From Candidatus Cloacimonadota bacterium (GTDB lineage: Bacteria > Cloacimonadota > Cloacimonadia > JGIOTU-2), in the NCBI GenBank assembly GCA_049903315.1, contig JBNGBT010000001.1, positions 192,001-256,000 on the forward strand: a stretch of DNA of 64,000 nt, read 5' to 3'. Made by a program: the position numbers and the translations under genes. Shown here piece after piece: positions 8,476-18,021 of this stretch. Under the pieces are notes generated by a model. It had not been told where the DNA came from and searched no databases. It saw nothing but the letters and a program-made list of their open reading frames with translations. The first letter of the stretch is position 1; each line of letters starts with the position of its first letter.

Positions 8476-9537
8476 TTATTTCCAACCACCTTCATGATAT
8501 AAAGCATCTATTTCTGATTGATTCAAGGTTCTTTTATAAATTCTTATATCATCCATATCACCATAAAAATATGATTGATCTGAATGTTGTCTATAATCAG
8601 TCCCGAACCTGTCCTCTTCATCTGAAAAACGAACAAATGTTAGTGAAGGATTTCCATCTAGGTATGTTGATTTTTCTTCTCCATTCAAATATATTTTAAT
8701 ATTTGATGGATTATCAAAACATACTGTTAGCATAGTCCATTGCATTATAGGAATGGTATTGTTAGTAATGATTTTTTTTGTTGCATCATCACCAGCTCCT
8801 GCAGTTTGTGCAAAAGATGCAATAATTTTATTATCTGCATTTCTTCGAATCCAAAAGCCATAATAACTAGCCCAGTAACTATCATTATAATCACTTGAAT
8901 AAAAAGTCTCACTTCTTTGTAGATTTAAATTATTTGCATAGAACCAAATATTTACAGTCAAGGGAAAATTATTTATTGGTAATTTATTATCAGTTTCAAT
9001 ATAAGCATCAGATCCGTTATAATCAATAGCACTGTTTGAATTTCCGAATCTATCAGCAGAATAATTTACACCACCAATAGAATGAGCATTCCATCCATTT
9101 GCACTTGAGTCATTAGAGTTACCATTTAAAGGGTAATAGACTAAATAATCAGTTGGAATATTATTAGGTGTTTCAGTTAGAATAATAGAAATTGATTGGG
9201 AAATTGAGGAATTATTATTAGTATCAATTGCTTTAACATAAATCGAATGGTTTGTATCCTTCAATTCTCCAGTATCCCATGAATATTGATATGGTTCATT
9301 TTCATCAATAAATACAATACTTCCATCAATATAAAATCTTACTTCAAGAATTCCATTATTATCACTGGCTTCTGCAGTAATATTAATTGTTGATCCTTGT
9401 TCAAACTCAGCATTATTTGCAGGAAAGGTGATAGAAACCGTAGGCGCTGTTGAGTCTGTTTCGGTAGTTCTGTCACAGGAAAGAGACGACAAAGTCATTA
9501 GAATTAAAACAAACATAATAATTTTTGTTTTTTTCAT
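8476..9537 (-). CDS. Lipoprotein with bacterial Ig-like domain and LamG/concanavalin-like domain
   Basis: Lipobox SLSC; DSTAPTVSITFP...VRFYIDG Ig domain; YYPLNGN...DRFGNSNSA...DDIRIYKRTL LamG domain. Confidence 0.85.
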   Translation of the reverse strand: MKKTKIIMFVLILMTLSSLSCDRTTETDSTAPTVSITFPANNAEFEQGSTINITAEASDNNGILEVRFYIDGSIVFIDENEPYQYSWDTGELKDTNHSIYVKAIDTNNNSSISQSISIILTETPNNIPTDYLVYYPLNGNSNDSSANGWNAHSIGGVNYSADRFGNSNSAIDYNGSDAYIETDNKLPINNFPLTVNIWFYANNLNLQRSETFYSSDYNDSYWASYYGFWIRRNADNKIIASFAQTAGAGDDATKKIITNNTIPIMQWTMLTVCFDNPSNIKIYLNGEEKSTYLDGNPSLTFVRFSDEEDRFGTDYRQHSDQSYFYGDMDDIRIYKRTLNQSEIDALYHEGGWK

Positions 9538-9571
9538 GATTTAAATACTCCTTTCTTTTACAAATCCAAAC

Positions 9572-9587
9572 TACAATTTCCGTGCCA
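9572..9587 (-). promoter_or_regulatory. Sigma-54 -24/-12 promoter for the LamG lipoprotein gene
   Basis: The minus strand reads TGGCAC-GGAAA-TTGTA, about 35 nt upstream of the start codon. Confidence 0.65.
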
Positions 9588-9750
9588 AACACAAAATCCC
9601 CTTAAACTCGGCATTTCCACCTTTTCCAACAAATTATCAAATAATCATTTTGCCCGATTCCGACCACTTATATTAAATTATTGAGATGGAAAAATTATAG
9701 AAAAATGTTTATTAGCAGTACTTTATGGAATTATTCCATTGAGTGTCCGA

Positions 9751-9986
9751 TTTGCAACACCATGTTGCAAATATGCAGCGCATCAAGAAATTTAATTAAT
9801 ATAAACTAATTGTATATTAAATCTGTTGCAATTCTGCAACGAGTGTTCGAAATCGATCAGGGGGTAATAAAGTGCTGTAATCTACTGAATAGAGGTGAAA
9901 TAAGTAATTTTTTTTGAGATTCTATTGCCCGAATTCGAGCAATTTTGGGTTTGTAGATTTCCCGCTTATGTTGCAAGTATGCTACA
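9751..9986. promoter_or_regulatory. Repeated palindromic enhancer-like sites (TGTTGCA-N4-TGCAACA consensus)
   Basis: tgttgcaaatatgcagcg 9763-9780, tgttgcaattctgcaacg 9824-9841, tgttgcaagtatgctaca 9969-9986; also the perfect inverted repeat tttgcaaca-cca-tgttgcaaa at 9751-9771. Confidence 0.6.
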
Positions 9987-10005
9987 CAGAGGATCTTAAC
10001 AATTT

Positions 10006-10021
10006 TGGCACAATATTTGCA
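10006..10021 (+). promoter_or_regulatory. Sigma-54 -24/-12 promoter for the kinase island operon
   Basis: TGGCAC-AATAT-TTGCA, an exact match to the TGGCAC-N5-TTGC consensus. Confidence 0.75.
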
Positions 10022-10134
10022 GTATTTTATAATATGTTAAAAGAATATAAATTTAGCAATAAAATCATAGTATTATTAACAAATAATTTTCAAATATAAG
10101 ATATCTAATAGAAAGTTTATAATGTAATATTGTT

Positions 10135-10386
10135 ATGAATGAGAAACTATTAAAAAGTTTAGAAAAAGTTAATTTAAAATTTAACGAAGATTTTGTTAGT
10201 GGAAAATTGAATGGATATAATATATTGATTGATGCTTCAAATGATGCTTTAAGAATTGTGCTGAATACTGAAATTGAAGAAGATAAAGGAAAACTTTATG
10301 AATATCTAGATATGAAGAAAAAGAAAATTTTCGCTTTGAAAAATTGTAAAGGATATGATTTCGTTTTGATTTTCTTAAAGATATAA
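10135..10386 (+). other. Short AT-rich ORF, hypothetical or gene remnant
   Basis: 83 aa, protein-like composition, but no clear RBS or recognisable motif. Confidence 0.3.
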
Positions 10387-10620
10387 TTTATATTGCAAAC
10401 TTGAAGATGAAATAATCTATAGTTAAATGATTATGTATAAAAATGATTTAGAGAAGTTAAGATTATTGTCATAATCCTTGATGGTTAAATAATACATGAC
10501 AGTTATACGGCTCAGTTTTGAAATCAAATCGGCTTTATATATATTTAAGAGAATAATGATATATACTTGTAGTGTAATAAAAAGACAATGAAAGAAAAAA
10601 TTAAATTCCATGGAGGAAAA

Positions 10621-11568
10621 ATGGAAAAAAAGACCTTAGTTGGTATAGTCATTCTTGTATTGCTGGTAAGTGCATTATATGCACAGGTTGCTACAACCAC
10701 AATTGAAAAGATTGAAGCAAATCCCGGATCTTATTTCGGAAAAGAAGTTACTGTTCTTGGTTTCATTGAACTGTATGTCGACTCACCAGGTGGCACATAT
10801 TATTATCTTTTAAAAGGCGATTACGGTGGTGTAATAAAAGTAAACTGTTCAAAACAAGAGGAAACTAAAAAGAAATATTATGTAACAGGTCTCGTGCAAA
10901 AAGATTTGAAAACAACCCAACCAATCATTGTTGAAACAAAGATCATTCCTGTAATACCGATACCTGCTGAAGAGGAACCAATCGTAGATTACACGTGGAT
11001 ATACTATGTCTTTGGTGGCTTAGTGATAGTCTTAATAATTCTCATAATTGTACAGTTTGCTATCAAGAAAAAAGGGAAGATGGAACAAACCCTTAGTACT
11101 TCTTCCGATAGCTTCTCTTCAGAACTAAAAGCTCCCCCAACAATGCCCAGTCAGAATACAATGCCCCGAACTTCATCCCAGTTCTCTACTATTAAAATAA
11201 CCAATGCTGTACCTAAAACAATGAGATTCATTCCCGGAAAATTAAAAATTGTATCAGATAGAGATAAGGGTAAAGAGTTCAGGATTGCTGGATACCCAAC
11301 ACCTAAGGGAAATATAGTTACTATAGGAAGAGAAGCAGTAAAAGGTGATAGAGAATTTGCACATATTCAGATTGATGAAAAGTTCGGAACTGTTTCCAGA
11401 AAACAAGCTGAATTCAGAGAAAAGGATGGTAAACTCTATATTAAGAATTTGAGTAGTACTAATCTCACTCAAATCAATGGAAAAGAGATTGCCGCTAATG
11501 AAATTGTTGAAGTGAAGTTTGGTGATGTCGTTCGAATGGGCGAGATCGAGTTCGAATATTCAATGTAA
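10621..11568 (+). CDS. Membrane-anchored FHA-domain protein
   Basis: GGAGG RBS before ATG 10621; signal peptide, exported domain, TM helix, Ser/Thr-rich linker, then FHA (TIGR...VSRKQAEF...STNLTQING). Confidence 0.85.
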   Translation: MEKKTLVGIVILVLLVSALYAQVATTTIEKIEANPGSYFGKEVTVLGFIELYVDSPGGTYYYLLKGDYGGVIKVNCSKQEETKKKYYVTGLVQKDLKTTQPIIVETKIIPVIPIPAEEEPIVDYTWIYYVFGGLVIVLIILIIVQFAIKKKGKMEQTLSTSSDSFSSELKAPPTMPSQNTMPRTSSQFSTIKITNAVPKTMRFIPGKLKIVSDRDKGKEFRIAGYPTPKGNIVTIGREAVKGDREFAHIQIDEKFGTVSRKQAEFREKDGKLYIKNLSSTNLTQINGKEIAANEIVEVKFGDVVRMGEIEFEYSM

Positions 11569-11603
11569 ATAACCAGCTTATCAACAAATATTTGGAGCAA
11601 AAA

Positions 11604-12905
11604 ATGAAAATCAATTCATTTGGGTGGACCTATGTCGGTAGAAGAGAGCAAAATCAGGATTCGATTTTGCTCTTGGAGATAGATAAGACACGTAATATAT
11701 ATTTTTACGCTGTTGCCGATGGAATGGGAGGAATGGGGGGCGGAGAAGTTGCCAGTGAAATAGTGACGCGAATTTGTAAGAATTATCTCGAAGAGATATT
11801 CAAAATACATGAAAATCTTAAACTGAAAGAAATTCTTAATGAAGTGATTATTGAGATCGACAATGAGATCCTCAGAACGACAGAGGAAGACAAAAGCCTT
11901 TCTGGCATGGGATCCACCCTTACATGTCTTTTGATAGCTGGGAAAAATTACGTAGTGGGAAATGTTGGGGATAGTAGAACCTATATTTTAGATGGAAAAA
12001 ATATTCATCAATTATCAGTTGATCATTCATATATAGAGGAATATAAGCAAAAATATAATGGACAGGTTGATGAAGCTATACAGAAGAAATACGGGCATAT
12101 TGTTACAAAATCTTTGAGTGGCGTTCATGATGAACCTGATATTTTCCCCAAAGAAAAAGATAGTTATTTACTTGGGGAAGGAACTGCTTTCATGTTATGC
12201 TCTGATGGACTGCTTGTTAATAAAAACAATAATACAACAGGCAATTTCATTCATAAAGTTTGCATTGGGACAAAAAATCCAAAAGAAGCTGTAGAATATC
12301 TTATTAAACTAGCCTATCATTCTGGCTCAACAGATAATATTTCTGTGATATTTGTAGAAATAGGAGAACTGGCCAGGAAAAAGAAAGCGGATCTTCCAAA
12401 ATCTTTCTTCGTTGATCAGGTTGTTTCCAAAGTAAAATTAAAGCCTGTAAAGAGGTTGAAAGTTATTAATTTTGCTTTTATTATTGTTATATTAGCTGGG
12501 ATACTTTTTATTGGGTATAAAATACTACCAACAAAAAGTTACATTAATAGGGAATATAATATTGGCAAAAGTGAATTAGAAACACCAGATACTTCTAAGA
12601 CTTACAACAAAATACAGAAATTAGAATTCGTAAAAATCGATGTTGGTGACGAAATAAATATTGATGTTGGTCGAATTTCTTGGGAATTTAGTGGAGGTAA
12701 AAATCTTGAATACACATTACAAATTGAAAAAGACAATTCAATAGTAATAACATATGAAACAGAAATGATAGAAATTGAAATTAATAAAGTTTTCGATAAA
12801 GATAAAGACATAAAAAGAGGAGAAAAGTACAATTTTATTATCAATGCTAATTCAAGTGATGGGCAAACAGAACAAGGAATCAAAAAGAATGTATTATTAA
12901 AATAA
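11604..12905 (+). CDS. PP2C-family Ser/Thr phosphatase with TM helix and C-terminal exported domain
   Basis: GRREQNQD, VADGMGG, NVGDSR, CSDGL, DNIS; TM helix near residue 295; GGAG RBS before ATG 11604. Confidence 0.92.
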   Translation: MKINSFGWTYVGRREQNQDSILLLEIDKTRNIYFYAVADGMGGMGGGEVASEIVTRICKNYLEEIFKIHENLKLKEILNEVIIEIDNEILRTTEEDKSLSGMGSTLTCLLIAGKNYVVGNVGDSRTYILDGKNIHQLSVDHSYIEEYKQKYNGQVDEAIQKKYGHIVTKSLSGVHDEPDIFPKEKDSYLLGEGTAFMLCSDGLLVNKNNNTTGNFIHKVCIGTKNPKEAVEYLIKLAYHSGSTDNISVIFVEIGELARKKKADLPKSFFVDQVVSKVKLKPVKRLKVINFAFIIVILAGILFIGYKILPTKSYINREYNIGKSELETPDTSKTYNKIQKLEFVKIDVGDEINIDVGRISWEFSGGKNLEYTLQIEKDNSIVITYETEMIEIEINKVFDKDKDIKRGEKYNFIINANSSDGQTEQGIKKNVLLK

Positions 12906-12921
12906 AAGAATTAGGAGAAGC

Positions 12922-15462
12922 ATGAAAAAATATATTTTATTACTACTTTGCATCTTTCTGGCATTTTGTAAAGGTTCTCAATACGAATTCAAGACGACAG
13001 AACTAAAGATTAAAAGGATAGAAATAACCCAGTTACCAGATCTTACATTATTTTACAAGTGTTTTGTGAATGGTGAAGCTATTGCTGAAGACGAAAACTG
13101 TATAAAGAGTACTAATATAAGCTGTAACGATCAGAATTTTACCATTGACGACATATCGCTTTATACTCCCAATCTTGATGTATATTATATAACCAACTAT
13201 CTCAGCAACACTTCAATTCTGAATTACGAATCATCATTAAATAAAATACACTCTCAGTATAAAATCTATAAAAATGATATCAATTCCCTTTCAGAAATAC
13301 CAATCATGAATGCAGAGGTTATTAATCTACAGACATATTGGAAAAAATGTAGTAATTTCTTTGATAATACGTTTTCTTTTCTGCAGACACTTGATGATCA
13401 ATACTCATACAAATTATTCATATTTTTCATATCCAAAAATACAGATGAAAACGAAATAGCGAACAGGAAGTATGTGGAGAACATACAACAGGTGATTAAT
13501 AAGCACCCTAATTGGGGATTTGGAATTTTCTATGAAAAAGGTTTTGCAGAACAGATCAAAAACTTCAATATAAGCATTCCAGATCAATGTTTCTTTATTA
13601 AAGAGCTTATTGATGTTGAATACAAAGGTTCACAAGCACAGGAAAAAGAAATCAATAGTGCTGTAAGTTTGATGATGAACTCAAACTACAAAATAGATCT
13701 AAGATTTGATAATGAATATATTGTAGATCCTAATAGAGAAACATATGAAATTATCCTTTCTTCAAATTATAAGAATATACTCCTTAGTGACAATTATAGT
13801 TGGCATCCTGCTCTGTCTTTAATCAAAGAATATTATATACAATATGTGGAAAATTCGATAGCTGTATATGAAGAAGATGAAAATTATCCAGCGATGCTTG
13901 GCATAATATGGGATGAATACAGTAAAACGAAGTTCCCAGAATTAAAACAATTAGCGGTTAGTAAAATCAGAGAATGGCTTGTTTCTAACGTTGATTTACT
14001 AGAAAATCAATCACAATCAGAATTACTATTTCAGAGTGGATTTGATGCTCTATATATTGCTGATAATGTCTGGGAACTAACAAGTATCTGGTATTTAGGT
14101 TTAAAAGAGAAATTTTTAGTTCTTTACGCAGCTTATCAAAAAAATCAAAATCATAATTATAATGAGCGCATAGAGATATATAATAAAATACTTACCATTA
14201 ATCCAGATAATAAGGAGATGGAATTTGATCTTAACGAATGCATTGCCGATCAATATTTAGATGCATCAAATTATCCTAATGCTTTAGAGTATCTGCAAAA
14301 AGCTGTTGATATAAATAACACATCGGAAATTCGGACAAAACTTAAAACAAATCTTAAAAGAATAATTACTTCAGATTTCCAAAACAGAAACTATGAAGAG
14401 CTTTATTACTTAGCGGAAAAGTACAACATCTATATTAATGATCCAAAGGAGGATTTTAGAAGTATTACATACTGGGCTATTGCAGCAAGGAATATACACA
14501 AATCAGATTCAGCACTTGCAAAATTTAACATTTTACTTGATAATTGGCACCAGAATGATGTATTAGACTACGATGATTTGTTGAAGTATATGTTTAATGT
14601 TTATGCCGAGAATATGGATTTTGAAGAAGCATATGAGTTATTAAAGCAAGTCAGCATGGATATACAGGAGGACGAGCTTTACAAGGTGCCCGATCTTTTA
14701 TGGGCAATTGTCTATCTACGTAGTGTTTATTTGGAACCATTCATAAATGTGGTAAATAGATATTTTATGAATAATGGTCTACACAATATACAACCACTTG
14801 CGATGGAGTATGCAGATACTGATTTATCTCAATATTTGGAAAATATGTATATCTTAAACTCTAATGGTAATCTTAAAACAAACATATATGGTTTAGAAGG
14901 GAATATTAAATTACCTACTCACCTTAATAGATATACAAAGAAATATATCGAAGATGATATTACGAACTGGTATATACAACCAATTAGTAATGGATATTTT
15001 GTTGTGCAAACCAGTAATAACCTTACTCCTTCTGAAGAAGTGTGGTATAGGGATCTGCAGAACAATTTCTCGGAACCAGCGATCTGGAATGAAGCGAAAG
15101 AGTTTTTTACGGATGAATCAAGGATAACCTTGATCAAACTTACTTCAGTAATTATTGGAAATGATGTCGTGTATAATGGTGTTCAAAATATTCCCACATA
15201 TAGTCAAGTATTAGGTGAGTTCCCGGATTATAAATATTTTGTTATTCAGAATTCAGTCGAGAAGATTATATATAATTTGAACTTCGATACTGGAGATGCA
15301 CTATATTTTAATAATGGTTGGGAATCATCAAGTCAATCCCCCCTTCTATACCGACAAGAAATTGAATATGGTTTTAATAAGACCAAGTTATTAGATATAG
15401 CTTACCCATATTTCAAGTCCGGAAACTGGCAAGGTGTAATACGCTACGGATTCAAAGAATAA
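12922..15462 (+). CDS. Large exported protein (possibly a lipoprotein) with central TPR-like helical repeats
   Basis: Signal peptide MKKYILLLLCIFLAFC; TPR-like segments (YNKILTINPDN, NYPNALEYLQKAVDI). Confidence 0.65.
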   Translation: MKKYILLLLCIFLAFCKGSQYEFKTTELKIKRIEITQLPDLTLFYKCFVNGEAIAEDENCIKSTNISCNDQNFTIDDISLYTPNLDVYYITNYLSNTSILNYESSLNKIHSQYKIYKNDINSLSEIPIMNAEVINLQTYWKKCSNFFDNTFSFLQTLDDQYSYKLFIFFISKNTDENEIANRKYVENIQQVINKHPNWGFGIFYEKGFAEQIKNFNISIPDQCFFIKELIDVEYKGSQAQEKEINSAVSLMMNSNYKIDLRFDNEYIVDPNRETYEIILSSNYKNILLSDNYSWHPALSLIKEYYIQYVENSIAVYEEDENYPAMLGIIWDEYSKTKFPELKQLAVSKIREWLVSNVDLLENQSQSELLFQSGFDALYIADNVWELTSIWYLGLKEKFLVLYAAYQKNQNHNYNERIEIYNKILTINPDNKEMEFDLNECIADQYLDASNYPNALEYLQKAVDINNTSEIRTKLKTNLKRIITSDFQNRNYEELYYLAEKYNIYINDPKEDFRSITYWAIAARNIHKSDSALAKFNILLDNWHQNDVLDYDDLLKYMFNVYAENMDFEEAYELLKQVSMDIQEDELYKVPDLLWAIVYLRSVYLEPFINVVNRYFMNNGLHNIQPLAMEYADTDLSQYLENMYILNSNGNLKTNIYGLEGNIKLPTHLNRYTKKYIEDDITNWYIQPISNGYFVVQTSNNLTPSEEVWYRDLQNNFSEPAIWNEAKEFFTDESRITLIKLTSVIIGNDVVYNGVQNIPTYSQVLGEFPDYKYFVIQNSVEKIIYNLNFDTGDALYFNNGWESSSQSPLLYRQEIEYGFNKTKLLDIAYPYFKSGNWQGVIRYGFKE

Positions 15463-15511
15463 CGTTCTACAGCTGCTGACATGAGTAATCAAACAAGAAA
15501 TTGGAGTTTAC

Positions 15512-17047
15512 GTGCTAGTAGAAAAATTTAAGGAATATTATGGTTCTAAGTACTCAATTGAAAACCAATTGCATCAGTCAAACATGTCTTATATATATAA
15601 AGGACTGAAACTTGATACTGGTGAACCTGTAGCTATTAAGATACAAAAGCCGCAGATGAACGATCCGGAGACCAGCAAAAAACGTTTTTTCCTCGAACCC
15701 GAACTGCTTAATCAGTTCAGCCATCCCAATATTGTAAAAGTGCGGGAGATGGAGGGCAACGGTGAGGTCAACTATTTCTCTCTTGAGTACATCAATGGAC
15801 TGGATTTGTTCAAAACGGTAAATACCCAAGGTATAATTCCATACGATAAAGGAATCGAGATCATTAAGCAGGTTAATTCTGCATTAAAACATGTACACAA
15901 GCTTGGTAAGGTCCACAGAGATATAAAAACTTCAAACATTATGGTTGATCAGAGTGGCAGAGCTGTGCTTATTGATTTTGGCATTGCCCTGGATCTTCAT
16001 GCAACAACACGTTTAACTATACATGGCGACATTTTTGGAACTCCTGAATATATGTCTCCGGAACAGGCACGGGGTGAAAGAGACATTGATAAGTCAACGG
16101 ATATTTATTCAATTGGTATAGTCTTGTATGAGATCTTTACCGGTAAAATTCCTTTCAGGTCTGATAATCAAATCCGGACAATTGAACTTATAAAAAATAT
16201 GGATCCTGAACCACCTAAAAAACATAATCCTTCCATACCAAAGCATATAAATAATACGATCATGAAATGCATTGCAAAAAATCCCGCTGATCGTTTTCAG
16301 CATATTGAGGATATCAGCGATGCGCTAGAATCTGATAAGATAGTCATTTCACACCAGGACGAAAAGATAAAAACAGCTCGAAAAGCAGATACAAGAGACA
16401 AGCCTGATACGAAGGCAACTATAACAAGCAGTGAGATCAAGATAAAACGCGCAATCAATGCAATTATTGGTATTATTGTACTTGCCATGGTAATTTTTCC
16501 TGTATTTTTCGTAAAAGATACTGTTTTAAGAATAATCATTCCTTTAATGATAATCATACTTGGTAGTATAATATACATGCTGTCCCCATTTTTCCCAAAG
16601 AAAGCATTCAGAAGAATGCCTACACAGCAACCGGGAAATATTCAAGGCAATTCTTTCAATGATTTCTTTGTTCCTTCTCTCCAGAGGAACAGCTCCCGCA
16701 TTCCGGGTACTTTTAAAATAATTGATGGTCCTGATAAAGGCAAATGTTTTACTGTTCCGGGAATCATTGAATCGGGATTAATTCGTTCGACTTTTGGAAG
16801 AGGAGGTATTGAGTATCCACTTTCCCTGGCACATATTAAAATATATGATAGGGAAGATCTGAGGATGATTTCACGGTACCAAATGGAATTATTTTACAAT
16901 AACCGTGATGTGATACTTCGTAATAAAAGCCAAAATACCCCCGTATGCATTAATGATGATATTCTTTATAGCGACCAACACAGTGTACTAAATGATGGGG
17001 ACATCATAGAAATCTCTAAGATAAAGCTAAGGTACAACAGTCTATAA
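15512..17047 (+). CDS. Hanks-type Ser/Thr kinase with TM hairpin and C-terminal FHA domain
   Basis: VAIK, HRDIKTSN, DFG, GTPEYMSPEQ, DIYSIG; two TM helices; FHA (TFGR...ISRYQ). Confidence 0.92.
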   Translation: MLVEKFKEYYGSKYSIENQLHQSNMSYIYKGLKLDTGEPVAIKIQKPQMNDPETSKKRFFLEPELLNQFSHPNIVKVREMEGNGEVNYFSLEYINGLDLFKTVNTQGIIPYDKGIEIIKQVNSALKHVHKLGKVHRDIKTSNIMVDQSGRAVLIDFGIALDLHATTRLTIHGDIFGTPEYMSPEQARGERDIDKSTDIYSIGIVLYEIFTGKIPFRSDNQIRTIELIKNMDPEPPKKHNPSIPKHINNTIMKCIAKNPADRFQHIEDISDALESDKIVISHQDEKIKTARKADTRDKPDTKATITSSEIKIKRAINAIIGIIVLAMVIFPVFFVKDTVLRIIIPLMIIILGSIIYMLSPFFPKKAFRRMPTQQPGNIQGNSFNDFFVPSLQRNSSRIPGTFKIIDGPDKGKCFTVPGIIESGLIRSTFGRGGIEYPLSLAHIKIYDREDLRMISRYQMELFYNNRDVILRNKSQNTPVCINDDILYSDQHSVLNDGDIIEISKIKLRYNSL

Positions 17048-17066
17048 ATTAAATTGATGAGGTGAC

Positions 17067-17774
17067 ATGGAAATATATATAGGTAAAAGCAGCGATAATG
17101 ATTATAGGATTGAAGATCCACATGTTTCAAGAAAACACTGTAAGATAATTATTCAGAGTGGCAGAATGTACATTATAGATCTGAATTCCACCAACGGAAC
17201 ATACCTTGATGGACAGAAGATCAATCCCAACGAAAAATATTATATTGATAGTCGTTCTGAAATTCTTCTTGCAGGGACCAAAAAAATTGATTGGAACGTG
17301 ATAACTCGATACATTCCTGATGAAAATAAGACAGTAAGGATAAGCGAACCTGTTCAATTTCCGCCGAAAAACCACAAGTTACCTGGAGAGCAGCACAGTC
17401 ATAAGCAGGAACTCAGAAATGAATATTCTAGAAATAAACGGGAGAGAACAAGTCGAGATAATAGACAGTATGATAATTATCAGAAAAGAGGTTTTAGAGA
17501 TGAAGTGAATTATGCAGTACATGCAGGAAAATCTTATGTAGGATCAGCATTTATCACACTTGCACTTTATTATGTAGGTCTTTGGTTAGGGGGAGTTATA
17601 TGCAATATTATATATTTAGGACAAGCAAAAAAAACAAAAGAAATAATTGGCTCTAGTCCATCAGGATATGGGTGTTTGATCTTTTTAATATGGACCCACT
17701 TGATAATTCCTATACTAGTCCTATTGTTTTTATTAATAACTGGTTCATCAATATTGGTTGGGATATTTAATTAA
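17067..17774 (+). CDS. FHA-domain protein with C-terminal TM helices
   Basis: IGK...VSRKHCKI...DLNSTNGTYLDG; two C-terminal hydrophobic segments. Confidence 0.88.
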   Translation: MEIYIGKSSDNDYRIEDPHVSRKHCKIIIQSGRMYIIDLNSTNGTYLDGQKINPNEKYYIDSRSEILLAGTKKIDWNVITRYIPDENKTVRISEPVQFPPKNHKLPGEQHSHKQELRNEYSRNKRERTSRDNRQYDNYQKRGFRDEVNYAVHAGKSYVGSAFITLALYYVGLWLGGVICNIIYLGQAKKTKEIIGSSPSGYGCLIFLIWTHLIIPILVLLFLLITGSSILVGIFN

Positions 17775-18007
17775 TGAAATTAATAATTCTGTTCATGATA
17801 AAAATATATAGATTTATATATCATCCCATCAAACAAGGATTCCGTGATGCGGGGATCGAACTGAATAAATGCCAGTTTACACCGACCTGCTCGGAATATG
17901 CAATTATAGCACTAAACAAGTACCCTATAAAAAGAGCACTAAAGAAAATAATAAACCGCCTGAAGCGGTGCAGTTTTACCACGATTAATCAGATAGATTA
18001 CCCTTAA
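17774..18007 (+). CDS. yidD: YidD-like membrane protein insertion efficiency factor
   Basis: Signature IKIYR...CQFTPTCSEYA...RLKRC...DYP; translationally coupled (TAATG) to the upstream gene. Confidence 0.8.
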   Translation: MKLIILFMIKIYRFIYHPIKQGFRDAGIELNKCQFTPTCSEYAIIALNKYPIKRALKKIINRLKRCSFTTINQIDYP

Positions 18008-18021
18008 AGATTGAGGTTTAC

